A stretch of 64,000 nucleotides of DNA from Acholeplasmataceae bacterium (GTDB lineage Bacteria; Bacillota_I; Bacilli_A; Acholeplasmatales; Acholeplasmataceae), in the NCBI GenBank assembly GCA_041654955.1, contig JBAZCK010000001.1, positions 57,879-121,878 of the forward strand, given 5' to 3'. The notes beneath the pieces are model-generated. The model was not told the DNA's origin. It saw nothing but the letters and a program-made list of their open reading frames with translations, and did no database searches. Of this stretch, positions 51,696-62,375 are shown in pieces; positions within the stretch are counted from its first letter, which is position 1; each line of letters starts with the position of its first letter. The position numbers were made by a program, and so were the translations under genes.

Positions 51696-53101
51696 TGGCA
51701 GAAAATTCCTTATCTTCAAGATTACAAATGGCAATGCGTCGATTAACAGGACGCGGATTTTTAACTGAAAAAGATATTGATGAGATGATGAGAGAAGTCA
51801 GATTATCTCTATTAGAAGCCGATGTTAATTTTAAAGTCGTTAAGCAATTTATTAATAATATTAAAGAACAAGCTGTTGGCGAAAAAATCTTAAAAGGGTT
51901 AAACCCTGGCCAACAAGTCGTTAAAATCGTTCATGATGAGTTAAAACGCGTCATGGGTGAAGAATCTGAAGGCATACGTTACAATCTAGGCGGTTTAACG
52001 ACAATTATGACTATCGGTCTTCAAGGCTCTGGTAAAACAACTGCAATCGGCAAATTAGGCGTTTATATACGTAAAGCAGAAAAAAAGAAAGTTTTATTTA
52101 TAGCAGCTGATGTTTATAGACCTGCAGCAATCGATCAATTAGTGACTATTGGTAAACAAATTGGGATTGAGGTTTATGAAGAAGGCTTAAAAGATGCTAG
52201 AGATATTGTTACACATGGATTAAAATATGCAAAAGATCAACACTTTGATGTTGTGATTATAGATACAGCTGGGCGTCTTCACATCGACGAGAAAATGATG
52301 CAAGAATTAATAGACGTTAAAGCAATTGCTAAACCTAATGAGATATTATTAACCGTCGATGCGATGACTGGACAAGATGCAGCAAATATCGCGAAAAGTT
52401 TTCATGATCAATTAAACGCAACAGGAGCTATATTAACTAAACTTGATGGTGATACACGTGGTGGGGCAGCATTATCGATTAAAGAAGTTTCGGGTATACC
52501 TATCAAATTTTCTTCAAATGGAGAAAAGATGGATGCATTTGAAGTCTTTCACCCAGAGCGTATGGCACAAAGAATTCTTGGTATGGGTGATGTCTTAACA
52601 TTAATTGAAAAAGCGACAGATGCGATTGATGAAGATGAAGCTAAATCCATGATGGATAAACTCATGAGTGATACGTTTAATTATAATGACTTATTAAAAC
52701 AGTTTAAGATGATCAAACGTATGGGTTCAATGAGTAAAATCTTAGGATTTATTCCAGGTATGGGTAAAATCAAAGAAGCTGCATCACAAGTTGATGATAA
52801 GCAATTTGATAAAATGGGTGTTTTAATTACATCTATGACCGAACAAGAAAGAAAAGATCCAGTATTAATTGATAAAAGTTCAAAAAGACGTGAAAGAATT
52901 GCTAAAGGTGCAGGGATGAGTGTTGCGGAGTTAAATCGCTTAAGACAAGCACTTGATGCACAAAAGAAAATGATGAAAAAAATGATGAATATGGATGAAA
53001 GACAACTAGAAGGCTTATCAAAAAATCCGACTCAAGCATTTGCTCAAAACAAGCCAAAAAAAGGTAAAGGTAAAAATAAGGGTCAGTTTAAAAGACGCTG
53101 A
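51695..53101 (+). CDS. ffh: Signal recognition particle protein
   Basis: GLQGSGKTT, DTAGR, RILGMGD, Met-rich M domain. Confidence 0.97.
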   Translation: MAENSLSSRLQMAMRRLTGRGFLTEKDIDEMMREVRLSLLEADVNFKVVKQFINNIKEQAVGEKILKGLNPGQQVVKIVHDELKRVMGEESEGIRYNLGGLTTIMTIGLQGSGKTTAIGKLGVYIRKAEKKKVLFIAADVYRPAAIDQLVTIGKQIGIEVYEEGLKDARDIVTHGLKYAKDQHFDVVIIDTAGRLHIDEKMMQELIDVKAIAKPNEILLTVDAMTGQDAANIAKSFHDQLNATGAILTKLDGDTRGGAALSIKEVSGIPIKFSSNGEKMDAFEVFHPERMAQRILGMGDVLTLIEKATDAIDEDEAKSMMDKLMSDTFNYNDLLKQFKMIKRMGSMSKILGFIPGMGKIKEAASQVDDKQFDKMGVLITSMTEQERKDPVLIDKSSKRRERIAKGAGMSVAELNRLRQALDAQKKMMKKMMNMDERQLEGLSKNPTQAFAQNKPKKGKGKNKGQFKRR

Positions 53102-53111
53102 CTCTTTTTAC

Positions 53112-53159
53112 TTATCCACAAATACTGTGGAAAATTATTTGACATCTGCATGTTAAAAT
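53112..53159 (+). promoter_or_regulatory. DnaA box pair plus extended -10 promoter of the polA operon
   Basis: TTATCCACA 53112-53120 (perfect); inverted TGTGGAAAA 53126-53134 (1 mismatch); TGtTAAAAT 53151-53159. Confidence 0.7.
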
Positions 53160-53177
53160 GAAGAAAAGGGGTATGAT

Positions 53178-55802
53178 ATGATGAAGCGAATTACACTTAT
53201 AGATGGAAACTCAATTTTATTTAGAGCATATTACGCAACGGCTTATCCTGGCGCTAAACTCATGCAATCATCTAAAGGAACATATACAAATGCAGTGTTT
53301 GCATTTGTTGGAATGTTTGAAAAAATAGTAACCGATGACACAAAACATGTTTTGGTTGCTTTTGACACGAAAGAACCAACAAAAAGACATCTTGCATATG
53401 AAGGATATAAAGCAGGCAGACAAAAAATGCCTGAAGAATTAGCAGAACAAATTCCACTTGTTAACGAATATATAAAGCTTAACGGTGTCACTGCATATTC
53501 AAAAGCTGGATATGAAGCTGACGACATCATTGGTACACTTGCTAAAGAAGCAAGTCAAAAAGGATTTGGCGTAGATATTTATTCAAGTGATAAAGATTTA
53601 TTACAATTGGTAGATGATCAAATAACAGTACATTTACTAAAAAAAGGTATGAAAGAAGTACATGACTTTGATCCAAAAAAATTAAAAGAAGCTTATGGAT
53701 TAACGCATCATCAAATGATTGATTTAAAAGCATTAATGGGCGATCCATCAGATAATATTCCTGGTATCCCAGGTGTTGGTGAAAAAACAGCGGTTAAGCT
53801 TCTACAAGAATACGAAACATTAGAAAATATATTAGAACACCAAGATGATATTAAAGGTAAACTTGGTGAACGCATTAGAGAGCACAAAGATAGTGCAATT
53901 TTAAGTAAAGAACTAGGAACGATTCAGCTTGATTGTGAGATTGATTATCATGTAGAAAACATTGAGAAAAAAGATATCAATCAAAATGAGCTTATTCGTT
54001 TTTACCAAGATCTTGATTTGCATGTTTTTGTTAAAAAGATGGAAGAACCAGTTCAAAAAGAAGATGCTTCTTGGGACTATATAGAACTTATTGATGAAAA
54101 TCAATTAGAATCTATTTTAAATCAAGATTTAGCAATCTATTTTGAATTTAGTGATTATAATTATCATAAAGCTGAATTATGGGGCATAGGTTTGTCTAAT
54201 GGCGATAAACATTATGTGATGAGTGCTGATTTAGCTTTATCATCTATTAATTTTGATATGTATTTAAAAGATCAAAATTACAAGAAATATGTTTATGATT
54301 TAAAAGCGATGAAGGTTTTTCTATTGTGGCATCATCTTGATATTGATCAAGTCACATTTGATTTACTACTTGCTGCATATCTCATTAATTCTCATCTAGG
54401 AAAAGAAGAATTTAAACGTATTGTTTCAAATTTCTATTATGAAGATATATCTTACGATGATACGATTTATGGTAAAGGCAGTAAAAAAGGTTTACCAGAA
54501 AAAGACATATACTATAGACATATTGCATCAAAAGCGAAAGCAATTTACTTATTAAGAGAAAAACTTATTGATGAACTTAAAGCGCAAGAACAATATCATT
54601 TACTTGAATCTATAGAGCTTCCTTTATCTGAAGTTTTAGCGGAAATGGAATTTGAAGGCTTGCTCGTTGATCAAGATGAACTAAAAAAACAGAAAAAAGA
54701 CTTATCAAAAAGAATTGATACATTAGAAGAAGAAATTATAGCTCTAGCGGGTAGAAAATTTAATGTTTCTAGTCCAAAACAATTAGGTGAGATTTTATTT
54801 GATGATCTTGATCTACCTAATGGTAAAAAAACTAAAACAGGTTATTCAACAAATGTAGATGTTTTAAATAAACTTAAAGGTAAACATCCAATCATTGAAA
54901 AAATATTAGAATATCGTCAATTAACAAAACTATATTCTACATATATTATTGGAATTGAACAAAATATCTTTGAAGATGGTAGAGTGCATACGATTTATAT
55001 GCAAGCATTAACAACCACAGGTAGACTATCATCGCTAGATCCAAATCTACAAAATATACCAATTCGTACAGAAGAAGGTAGACAAATAAGAAAACTATTT
55101 ATTCCTAAATCAAATAAATATTTCTTAGGTGCCGATTATTCACAAATAGAATTAAGAGTATTAGCTTCTATGGCAAATGTAGAAAAACTTATTGAAGCAT
55201 TTAACGAACAAAAAGATATTCATACAAAAACAGCTCAAGAGATCTTTCATAAAGATGAAATCACATCTGAACAAAGAAGAGCAGCCAAAGCAGTAAATTT
55301 TGGAATTATATATGGGATTGGCGCATGGAGTTTATCAGAAGATATTGATGTATCTCCAAAAGAAGCTCAAAGATTTATTGATGATTACTTAAATTTATAT
55401 CCTGAGATTAAGACTTATATGGAAGATATCGTTGAATATGCGAAAACACATGAATACGTTGAAACCATTATGAAAAGAAGAAGATATATCCCTGAACTTA
55501 AATCAAGTGTCTTTACACAAAGAGCATTTGGCGAAAGAACAGCTTTAAATGCACCGATTCAAGGCAGTGCTGCAGATATATTAAAAAAAGCAATGATTGA
55601 TTTATATCAATATCTTAAAAAAGAAAAGAAAAAATCGAAAATACTATTACAAGTACACGATGAGCTCATCTTAGAAGTCCCAAAAGAAGAGTTAGAAGAA
55701 ATGAAAGACATTGTACCAAAAATGATGAAAAAGGCAGTTGAACTTAAAGTTGAATTAGAAACATCATGTGATGTTGGACAAACATGGTATGAATTAAAAT
55801 AG
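53178..55802 (+). CDS. polA: DNA polymerase I
   Basis: 5'-3' exonuclease (IDGNS, YEADD, GDPSDN), DYSQIELR, KAVNFGIIYG, QVHDE. Confidence 0.97.
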   Translation: MMKRITLIDGNSILFRAYYATAYPGAKLMQSSKGTYTNAVFAFVGMFEKIVTDDTKHVLVAFDTKEPTKRHLAYEGYKAGRQKMPEELAEQIPLVNEYIKLNGVTAYSKAGYEADDIIGTLAKEASQKGFGVDIYSSDKDLLQLVDDQITVHLLKKGMKEVHDFDPKKLKEAYGLTHHQMIDLKALMGDPSDNIPGIPGVGEKTAVKLLQEYETLENILEHQDDIKGKLGERIREHKDSAILSKELGTIQLDCEIDYHVENIEKKDINQNELIRFYQDLDLHVFVKKMEEPVQKEDASWDYIELIDENQLESILNQDLAIYFEFSDYNYHKAELWGIGLSNGDKHYVMSADLALSSINFDMYLKDQNYKKYVYDLKAMKVFLLWHHLDIDQVTFDLLLAAYLINSHLGKEEFKRIVSNFYYEDISYDDTIYGKGSKKGLPEKDIYYRHIASKAKAIYLLREKLIDELKAQEQYHLLESIELPLSEVLAEMEFEGLLVDQDELKKQKKDLSKRIDTLEEEIIALAGRKFNVSSPKQLGEILFDDLDLPNGKKTKTGYSTNVDVLNKLKGKHPIIEKILEYRQLTKLYSTYIIGIEQNIFEDGRVHTIYMQALTTTGRLSSLDPNLQNIPIRTEEGRQIRKLFIPKSNKYFLGADYSQIELRVLASMANVEKLIEAFNEQKDIHTKTAQEIFHKDEITSEQRRAAKAVNFGIIYGIGAWSLSEDIDVSPKEAQRFIDDYLNLYPEIKTYMEDIVEYAKTHEYVETIMKRRRYIPELKSSVFTQRAFGERTALNAPIQGSAADILKKAMIDLYQYLKKEKKKSKILLQVHDELILEVPKEELEEMKDIVPKMMKKAVELKVELETSCDVGQTWYELK

Positions 55803-55810
55803 GTGAAAAA

Positions 55811-56620
55811 ATGCCAGAACTTCCAGAAGTAGAAACCGTAAGACAAACATTAAAATTAGCGATTTTAAATCAAACGATTGATGATGTGAAGATTAGATAT
55901 CGTCCGATTATTAAACACGATATCGATGATTTTATAAATACGGTTACCAATCAATCGATAACTGATATAAAGCGTAAAGGGAAATATATCATATTCGTAT
56001 TAGATCAACATGTCATGGTCATGCATCTTAGAATGGAAGGTAAGTTTTATATTAAAGAAAATGAAACTTACGATAAGCACGAACATGTCATCTTTAAATT
56101 TAAAAGTGGATTAGAACTTAGATATCATGATGTTAGAAAGTTTGGAACAATCCATTTATTAAAACTTCATGAGTATGAAGATTTATATCCTATTTCAAGT
56201 GTTGGTGATGAACCAAAAGATATCAATCCAAAAGATTTCTATCATCAAATCAAACATTCAAAAAGACCAATAAAAGCGGTGCTTTTAGATCAACATATCA
56301 TCAGTGGGCTTGGCAATATTTATGTAGATGAAACTTTATTTTTAGCAAGAGTTCATCCACAAAGACTAGCAACTAGTATAACAAAAAAAGAAGCATACAT
56401 GCTTATTGATAGCGCAAAACAAGTTTTAGAAAAAGCAATAAAACTTGGGGGGACAACGATTCGTTCATATACATCAAGTTTAGGTGTTCATGGAAGATTT
56501 CAAAATGAACTTAATGTTCACACAAGACAAGGACAACCTTGTCCTGTTTGTGGCAATGAAATCATAAAAATTAAAGTAGCGGGACGAGGTTCATATGTCT
56601 GTACATCATGTCAAAAATAA
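55811..56620 (+). CDS. mutM: Formamidopyrimidine-DNA glycosylase
   Basis: PELPEV, HLRMEG, GLGNIY, C4 zinc finger. Confidence 0.96.
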   Translation: MPELPEVETVRQTLKLAILNQTIDDVKIRYRPIIKHDIDDFINTVTNQSITDIKRKGKYIIFVLDQHVMVMHLRMEGKFYIKENETYDKHEHVIFKFKSGLELRYHDVRKFGTIHLLKLHEYEDLYPISSVGDEPKDINPKDFYHQIKHSKRPIKAVLLDQHIISGLGNIYVDETLFLARVHPQRLATSITKKEAYMLIDSAKQVLEKAIKLGGTTIRSYTSSLGVHGRFQNELNVHTRQGQPCPVCGNEIIKIKVAGRGSYVCTSCQK

Positions 56621-57206
56621 GCCATATATCATTGGGCTAACAGGTGGTATAGCATCTGGGAAGTCAACTGCATCAGCATATTTCAAATCTAAGGGTATAG
56701 AAGTCATTGATAGTGATTTAATTGTTAAAGACCTTTGGAAAGAAAACGAAGAAATGATTCAAAAAGCAGAATCACTTTTTGACTTTAAAATAAATACAAT
56801 TCAAGATAAAAAGAAGGTTAGTCAACTTATATTTACAGACAAAAAATTAAGGACTAAACTTAATGATATCGTACATCCATATGTATTTCATCAAATTGAA
56901 CAGATGATTAAAACATTTCATGATCAAGAGCTGATTGTTATTGATATGCCACTTCTTTTTGAAGTAGGCTATGAAAAAAAATGTGACATCACATGTTTAG
57001 TTTATGTTGATTTAAAAACACAAGTTGAAAGACTTGCAAAAAGAGATGATATCACAGAAGAAAAAGCTCTTACTAAGATCAAAGCCCAAATGGATTTAGA
57101 AGAGAAAAAAGTAAAAGCTGATATCATTTTAGATAATCAAATGGATTTAAATTTCTTGTATTTTCAAATTGATCAATTTTTAAGAGGTATAAAACATGCG
57201 AAATAG
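56595..57206 (+). CDS. coaE: Dephospho-CoA kinase
   Basis: GLTGGIASGKS, VHP, PLLFE. Confidence 0.93.
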   Translation: MSVHHVKNKPYIIGLTGGIASGKSTASAYFKSKGIEVIDSDLIVKDLWKENEEMIQKAESLFDFKINTIQDKKKVSQLIFTDKKLRTKLNDIVHPYVFHQIEQMIKTFHDQELIVIDMPLLFEVGYEKKCDITCLVYVDLKTQVERLAKRDDITEEKALTKIKAQMDLEEKKVKADIILDNQMDLNFLYFQIDQFLRGIKHAK

Positions 57207-58353
57207 TTCAACCTTTCAATTACATATCTCATCTGATCTTGCAAATCAAGATTTTAAAGTGCTTGCCTTGTTATATCAACCCCTTTTAGGTGTTGATGCG
57301 CATAGTTTATTTATTACATTTTATCAATTAAACAATAAAACAAGATTAAGTACATATACGCATCAACAACTTTTTGATCTTCTAGATTTAAAACAAGCAG
57401 ATTTTTTAAAAATGAGAAATAAACTAGAAGCACTAAATTTATTAGAAGTTTTTCAAAAAGCAGATGAATATATCTATATATTAAAAACACCACTTACTGC
57501 AAAACAGTTTTTACTTGATACTGTATTTGGTAGTTATCTACAATCAGAAATTGGTGAGAAGCATGTTGAACTTTTAGCTTCACTATTTCAAATTGAAATT
57601 CCTAATTATGAAGGTTTTAATAATATTACTAAAACATTTGATAGTATGTATGAGTTTAAGAGCTTAAATTTACTCAAGTTAAATTATGAATTCCAAGGTA
57701 GAAAACAAAATGGTGGCAGTCACATTGGTTATCAATTTGATTATAATAGATTTGTAGAAGGTCTTCCTGAAAGATTAAAAAATTCAACATTGTTAAATCA
57801 AAGGTTACAAAAACAAATTTCTAAAATTGCGTTTGTTTATCAATTTAGTGTTGAAGATATGATTGAAGTCTATCAAGAAGCATCTAAATCTAGACAAACT
57901 GTTAATTTCCAAGCACTTAATCACAAAGCAAAACTATATTATGAATCAAAAGATCAGACATTATCTATCAAAGAAAAAGATATTCCAAAAACAGAACTTA
58001 TAAAAACACTTGCGCCACAAGTGATTATTCAAAAATATAGTAAAACTGATACACAAGGACTAGCGTTATCAACAGCAACCTTGTTGATAGAAAGAAATCA
58101 TGTTGATCCAGGTATTATCAATGTTATCTTAATGTTAGTTTTAAAACAAAAAGATGGTGTATTACCAGGATTAAAATATATGGAAACAGTTTTACATGAC
58201 TGGTTAAACAAAGGCATTCAAACAACAGAAGATGCACTTAATTATTCAACAAAACTTGAGAATCAGTGGGTTCAAAAGAAGAAAGTTCAAAAAGTGTCTG
58301 AACCTGACTGGATGGATGATTATGTTAAAGAGTTAGAGAAAATGGAGGGATAG
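57196..58353 (+). CDS. dnaB: Replication initiation / helicase co-loader DnaB (Bacillus type)
   Basis: LYQPLLG, KLEALNLL, C-terminal DnaD-like Y...W...GI.T motif; synteny. Confidence 0.88.
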   Translation: MRNSSTFQLHISSDLANQDFKVLALLYQPLLGVDAHSLFITFYQLNNKTRLSTYTHQQLFDLLDLKQADFLKMRNKLEALNLLEVFQKADEYIYILKTPLTAKQFLLDTVFGSYLQSEIGEKHVELLASLFQIEIPNYEGFNNITKTFDSMYEFKSLNLLKLNYEFQGRKQNGGSHIGYQFDYNRFVEGLPERLKNSTLLNQRLQKQISKIAFVYQFSVEDMIEVYQEASKSRQTVNFQALNHKAKLYYESKDQTLSIKEKDIPKTELIKTLAPQVIIQKYSKTDTQGLALSTATLLIERNHVDPGIINVILMLVLKQKDGVLPGLKYMETVLHDWLNKGIQTTEDALNYSTKLENQWVQKKKVQKVSEPDWMDDYVKELEKMEG

Positions 58354-58354
58354 T

Positions 58355-59170
58355 ATGACTATTGATGAAATGAGAAAAGTGATTTCTAATGATCCAGAAA
58401 CGAAATCTTTAGACATCTTAGATGTTGATGTCAATAAAGTCTATCAATATCTAGTGCAAAGAAAAGAAAGGCCTGTCGTTGATGGTTATGAAATTGTACT
58501 ACGTACCGACCCCTACATTGAGATTGTTTATCGTCCAACAAAAGAAAAAGCTCAAGAAATTAAGAAAGAAAAAATTAGAAGAAATTTGAAATTTTATGAT
58601 AGTGAAGTCTATATTCAAGATGCGAGCATTAAAGATTTTGAATGTTTTAATGAAGAAAGAACAAATGCATATGAAAAAGCCGCATATTTTTTAGATCATT
58701 ATAAAAAAAATCGTTATGAAAAAGGCATGTTTATTTATGGTAAATATGGGACAGGAAAATCATATCTATTATCAGCGATTGCCCAAGAATTAGCATTAAG
58801 AGGTATTGCGGTTTTATTTGTTTATGTACCAGATTTGATAAGATCCATTCGTCAAGGTATGAATGAAGGTAACTTAGAAGAAAGAATTAACAAACTAAAA
58901 CAAGCAGATATACTAATGCTCGATGATTTTGGCGGAGAAAACATGAGCCCTTGGTTTAGAGATGAAATTATTGTTCCTGTCTTACAATATAGATTATCTG
59001 CTAAACTTCCTGTGTTCATCAGTTCTAATTTTTCTATGGTGCAACTCATGGAAGCTTTAACCCTTCAAAAAGATGACACGAACCGTATGAAAGCCGGAAG
59101 ACTCATTCAAAGATTAAAAGATTTAATGCATTATGTGAAACTTTCTGAAGAACCATTTAATGGCACTTAA
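58355..59170 (+). CDS. dnaI: Primosomal helicase loader DnaI
   Basis: GKYGTGKS, LDDFGGE, W.RDE, SSN; synteny. Confidence 0.9.
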   Translation: MTIDEMRKVISNDPETKSLDILDVDVNKVYQYLVQRKERPVVDGYEIVLRTDPYIEIVYRPTKEKAQEIKKEKIRRNLKFYDSEVYIQDASIKDFECFNEERTNAYEKAAYFLDHYKKNRYEKGMFIYGKYGTGKSYLLSAIAQELALRGIAVLFVYVPDLIRSIRQGMNEGNLEERINKLKQADILMLDDFGGENMSPWFRDEIIVPVLQYRLSAKLPVFISSNFSMVQLMEALTLQKDDTNRMKAGRLIQRLKDLMHYVKLSEEPFNGT

Positions 59171-59209
59171 AATACTTGTAATTTGAAAAACTAGTGATAT
59201 AATATATGT

Positions 59210-59420
59210 GAATGCGAAGAAAAGGATATGATTTTAATCACATTTAGCGACACAGGATGGTGAAAGCTGTGACTGATTAACGTTACTCCCTTGGAGCAGA
59301 TTAGCTAAAAACTAATTCGGTTCATCACCGTTATCTGATTAATAAGTGCTAGAATTTATTCTAGAACTAAGGTGGTACCACGATCTATTCGTCCTTAGAC
59401 TATTGTCTAGGGACTTTTTT
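59210..59420 (+). promoter_or_regulatory. T-box riboswitch (Thr) leader of thrS
   Basis: AGCGA bulge, GGTGAAA distal loop, CCGTTATC, T-box AAGGTGGTACCACG 59369-59382, terminator GTCCTTAGAC-tatt-GTCTAGGGAC-T6. Confidence 0.92.
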
Positions 59421-59443
59421 AATTAAAAAAAGGAGTGATTTAA

Positions 59444-61375
59444 ATGATCAACATTTTATTCCCAGATGGAAGTAGTAAAGCATTTGAAAAAGGTATTACA
59501 CCATTAGAAATTGCACAAGGTATTTCAATGTCTTTGGCTAAAAAAGCGATTGCAGCAGTTTTTAATGATGCATATATTGAATTAAACAGAGCATTAGTAG
59601 AAGATGGAACTTTAGCTTTATTAACAGAAAAAGATGAAAAAGCGTTAGACATCATCAACCATTCGACTGCACATTTAATGGCTCAAGCAATTGTTAGTTT
59701 ATATCCAAAAGCATGTTTTGGTGTAGGGCCTTATATTGAAGAAGGATTCTACTATGACGTTGATTTTGGTGATGTTAAAATTAATGATGAAGATTTATTA
59801 AAGATTGAAAAAGAAATGCATAAGCTAGCTGATCAAGCATTTGATATTAAAAGAGAAGAAGTTACTTATGAACAGGCTAAAGAAATATTTAACCATGATC
59901 CATATAAATTGGAAATTATCGAAGATTATAAGCATACTCAATTAACTGTTTATCGTCAAGGTGATTTTGTTGATTTATGTCGTGGTGGTCATGTCTTAAA
60001 CACAAAACAAATCAAACATTTTAAACTTTTAAGTCTCGCTGGTGCATATTGGCGCGGTAATAGTGATAATAAGATGTTAGTTAGAATTTATGGTACTAGC
60101 TTTTATGCTAAAAAAGATTTAGATGCGCATCTAAATCTATTAGAAGAAAGAAAACTTAGAGATCATCGTAAATTGGGAAAAGAATTAGACTTGTTCATGG
60201 TTTCTAAAGAAGCTGGTCAAGGGCTACCTTTTTGGTTACCTAAAGGTGCAACCATTCGTAGAGTTATTGAAAGATATATCACAGATGTTGAAATATCTTT
60301 AGGTTACATGCATGTTTATACACCGATTTTAGCAAATGTCGATTTATATAAAACATCAGGACACTGGGATCATTATCAAGATTCTATGTTTCCACCTATG
60401 GACATGGGCGATGGTGAAATGTTAGTTTTAAGACCTATGAACTGTCCTCATCATATGTTAATTTATAAAAATGATGTCCATTCATATCGTGAGTTACCAC
60501 TTAGAATTGCTGAACTTGGTATGATGCATAGATATGAAAAAAGTGGTGCATTATCAGGCTTACAAAGAGTTAGAGAAATGACATTAAATGACGCTCATAT
60601 TTTTGTAAGAGTCGATCAGATCAAAGAAGAATTTAAACGTACCATGGAATTGTTATTAGCAGTTTATAAAGATTTTAGTATTACAGATTACAAATTTAGA
60701 TTAAGTTATAGAGATCCTAAAGATACAGATAAGTATTTTCCGGATGATGAGATGTGGAATAAAGCTGAAAAGATGCTAAAAGAAGCACTAGATGAGTTTG
60801 GTGTTGATTATTTTGAAGCAGTTGGCGAAGCTGCGTTTTATGGTCCAAAACTTGATGTTCAAGTTAAAACAGCTTTAGGTAATAGTGAAACACTATCAAC
60901 AATTCAACTAGACTTTTTACTACCTGAGCGATTTGATTTAACTTATGTTGGTGAAGATGGTAAAAATGATCAAAGACCAGTTGTTATCCATCGTGGTATT
61001 GTATCAACAATGGAACGATTTGTTGCTTATTTAACAGAAGAGTATAAAGGTGCATTTCCATTCTGGTTAGCACCAGTACAAGTGAAAGTCATTCCAGTAA
61101 ATGTGAGTGCACATATGGATTATGTTGTTAAAGTACATGAAACTTTAAAACAAAATTTATTTAGAGTTGAAAGTGATTTAAGAGAAGAAAAACTAGGCTA
61201 TAAGATTAGAGAATCACAAACTTTAAAAATACCATATGCATTAGTCTTAGGTGACAAGGAAAAAGAAGAAGGACTTGTAACTTATAGAAAATATGGAGAA
61301 ACAGAACAAATTACTGTATCTATTGATGATTTCATAAAACTTGTTTCTAAAGAATTAAAAACACATTTGAAGTAA
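59444..61375 (+). CDS. thrS: Threonine--tRNA ligase
   Basis: TGS domain, HSTAH, DLCRGGH, RPMNCP, FYGPKLD. Confidence 0.97.
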   Translation: MINILFPDGSSKAFEKGITPLEIAQGISMSLAKKAIAAVFNDAYIELNRALVEDGTLALLTEKDEKALDIINHSTAHLMAQAIVSLYPKACFGVGPYIEEGFYYDVDFGDVKINDEDLLKIEKEMHKLADQAFDIKREEVTYEQAKEIFNHDPYKLEIIEDYKHTQLTVYRQGDFVDLCRGGHVLNTKQIKHFKLLSLAGAYWRGNSDNKMLVRIYGTSFYAKKDLDAHLNLLEERKLRDHRKLGKELDLFMVSKEAGQGLPFWLPKGATIRRVIERYITDVEISLGYMHVYTPILANVDLYKTSGHWDHYQDSMFPPMDMGDGEMLVLRPMNCPHHMLIYKNDVHSYRELPLRIAELGMMHRYEKSGALSGLQRVREMTLNDAHIFVRVDQIKEEFKRTMELLLAVYKDFSITDYKFRLSYRDPKDTDKYFPDDEMWNKAEKMLKEALDEFGVDYFEAVGEAAFYGPKLDVQVKTALGNSETLSTIQLDFLLPERFDLTYVGEDGKNDQRPVVIHRGIVSTMERFVAYLTEEYKGAFPFWLAPVQVKVIPVNVSAHMDYVVKVHETLKQNLFRVESDLREEKLGYKIRESQTLKIPYALVLGDKEKEEGLVTYRKYGETEQITVSIDDFIKLVSKELKTHLK

Positions 61376-61383
61376 AAATTATG

Positions 61384-61417
61384 AAAGAGTCATAAAAAAA
61401 AGATTATGACTCTTTTT
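61384..61417 (+). terminator. Terminator after thrS
   Basis: AAAGAGTCATAA...TTATGACTCTTTTT. Confidence 0.8.
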
Positions 61418-61472
61418 GATATTTACATATTATGATATAATATGCAAGAACAGCGCGAAAAGAGGGATGAAT

Positions 61473-62375
61473 ATGTTAGAAGTTAAAAACGCCAAAATGA
61501 TGTATGGCGATTTAGTCGCAGTTGATCATCTAACCTTTACTATTAAGCCAGGAGATATCTTTGGTTTACTTGGTACAAATGGTGCAGGTAAGACGACGAC
61601 TTTTAGAATGATCATGGGTTTATTAGAACCTACTGAAGGTGAAGTTATTTACAACGGAGGTAAGGTTGGATATCATAACGTCAATGAAATTGGCTATATG
61701 ATTGAAGAAAGAAGCTTACTGACAAAAATCACAGTTAAAGAACTTATGTTATATTTTGGACAATTAAAAGATATGGATCCAAAATTAATCTTAGAAAGAC
61801 TTGACTATTGGTTAGAAAGATTTAGTATCGTTGATTATAAAAACAAGAAAATCAAGGAACTATCTAAAGGTAATCAACAAAAGATTCAATTTATATCTGC
61901 TATTATTAATAATCCAAAATTATTAGTTTTAGATGAACCATTTAGTGGACTTGATCCAATTAACACTGAACTTTTTGTTGAAGTGATTAGAGATTTTCAA
62001 AAGAAAGGATCTATGGTTGTTTTTTCATCACATCAACTTGATCATGTTGAATCATTTTGTGAAGAAATTTGTGTTCTAGAAAAAGGAAAAGCAATCATTA
62101 GTGGATCTATTGATCAAGTTAAAAAAGACTTCAAAAAACAAAATATTCATATCGTTGGTGATGTGGATGTAGAAGTTTTAAGAGGTATTAAAGGTGTTTA
62201 TAAAGTTATTGAAAACTCTAATGGTCTGATTGTTAAAATTGAAAATGAAGATGTTAGTAAAGATGTTTTCAACTATGTAAAGACTTGTGATCATATTACA
62301 AAATATGATGTTGAGCAAGCATCTTTAAGTGAGATATTTATAGCGAAAGTAGGTCAAATACATGAAGAAGTTTAA
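61473..62375 (+). CDS. ABC-2 type ATP-binding protein (YhaQ/NatA-like)
   Basis: GTNGAGKT, LSKGNQQKIQ, DEPFSGLDP, SSH. Confidence 0.9.
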   Translation: MLEVKNAKMMYGDLVAVDHLTFTIKPGDIFGLLGTNGAGKTTTFRMIMGLLEPTEGEVIYNGGKVGYHNVNEIGYMIEERSLLTKITVKELMLYFGQLKDMDPKLILERLDYWLERFSIVDYKNKKIKELSKGNQQKIQFISAIINNPKLLVLDEPFSGLDPINTELFVEVIRDFQKKGSMVVFSSHQLDHVESFCEEICVLEKGKAIISGSIDQVKKDFKKQNIHIVGDVDVEVLRGIKGVYKVIENSNGLIVKIENEDVSKDVFNYVKTCDHITKYDVEQASLSEIFIAKVGQIHEEV

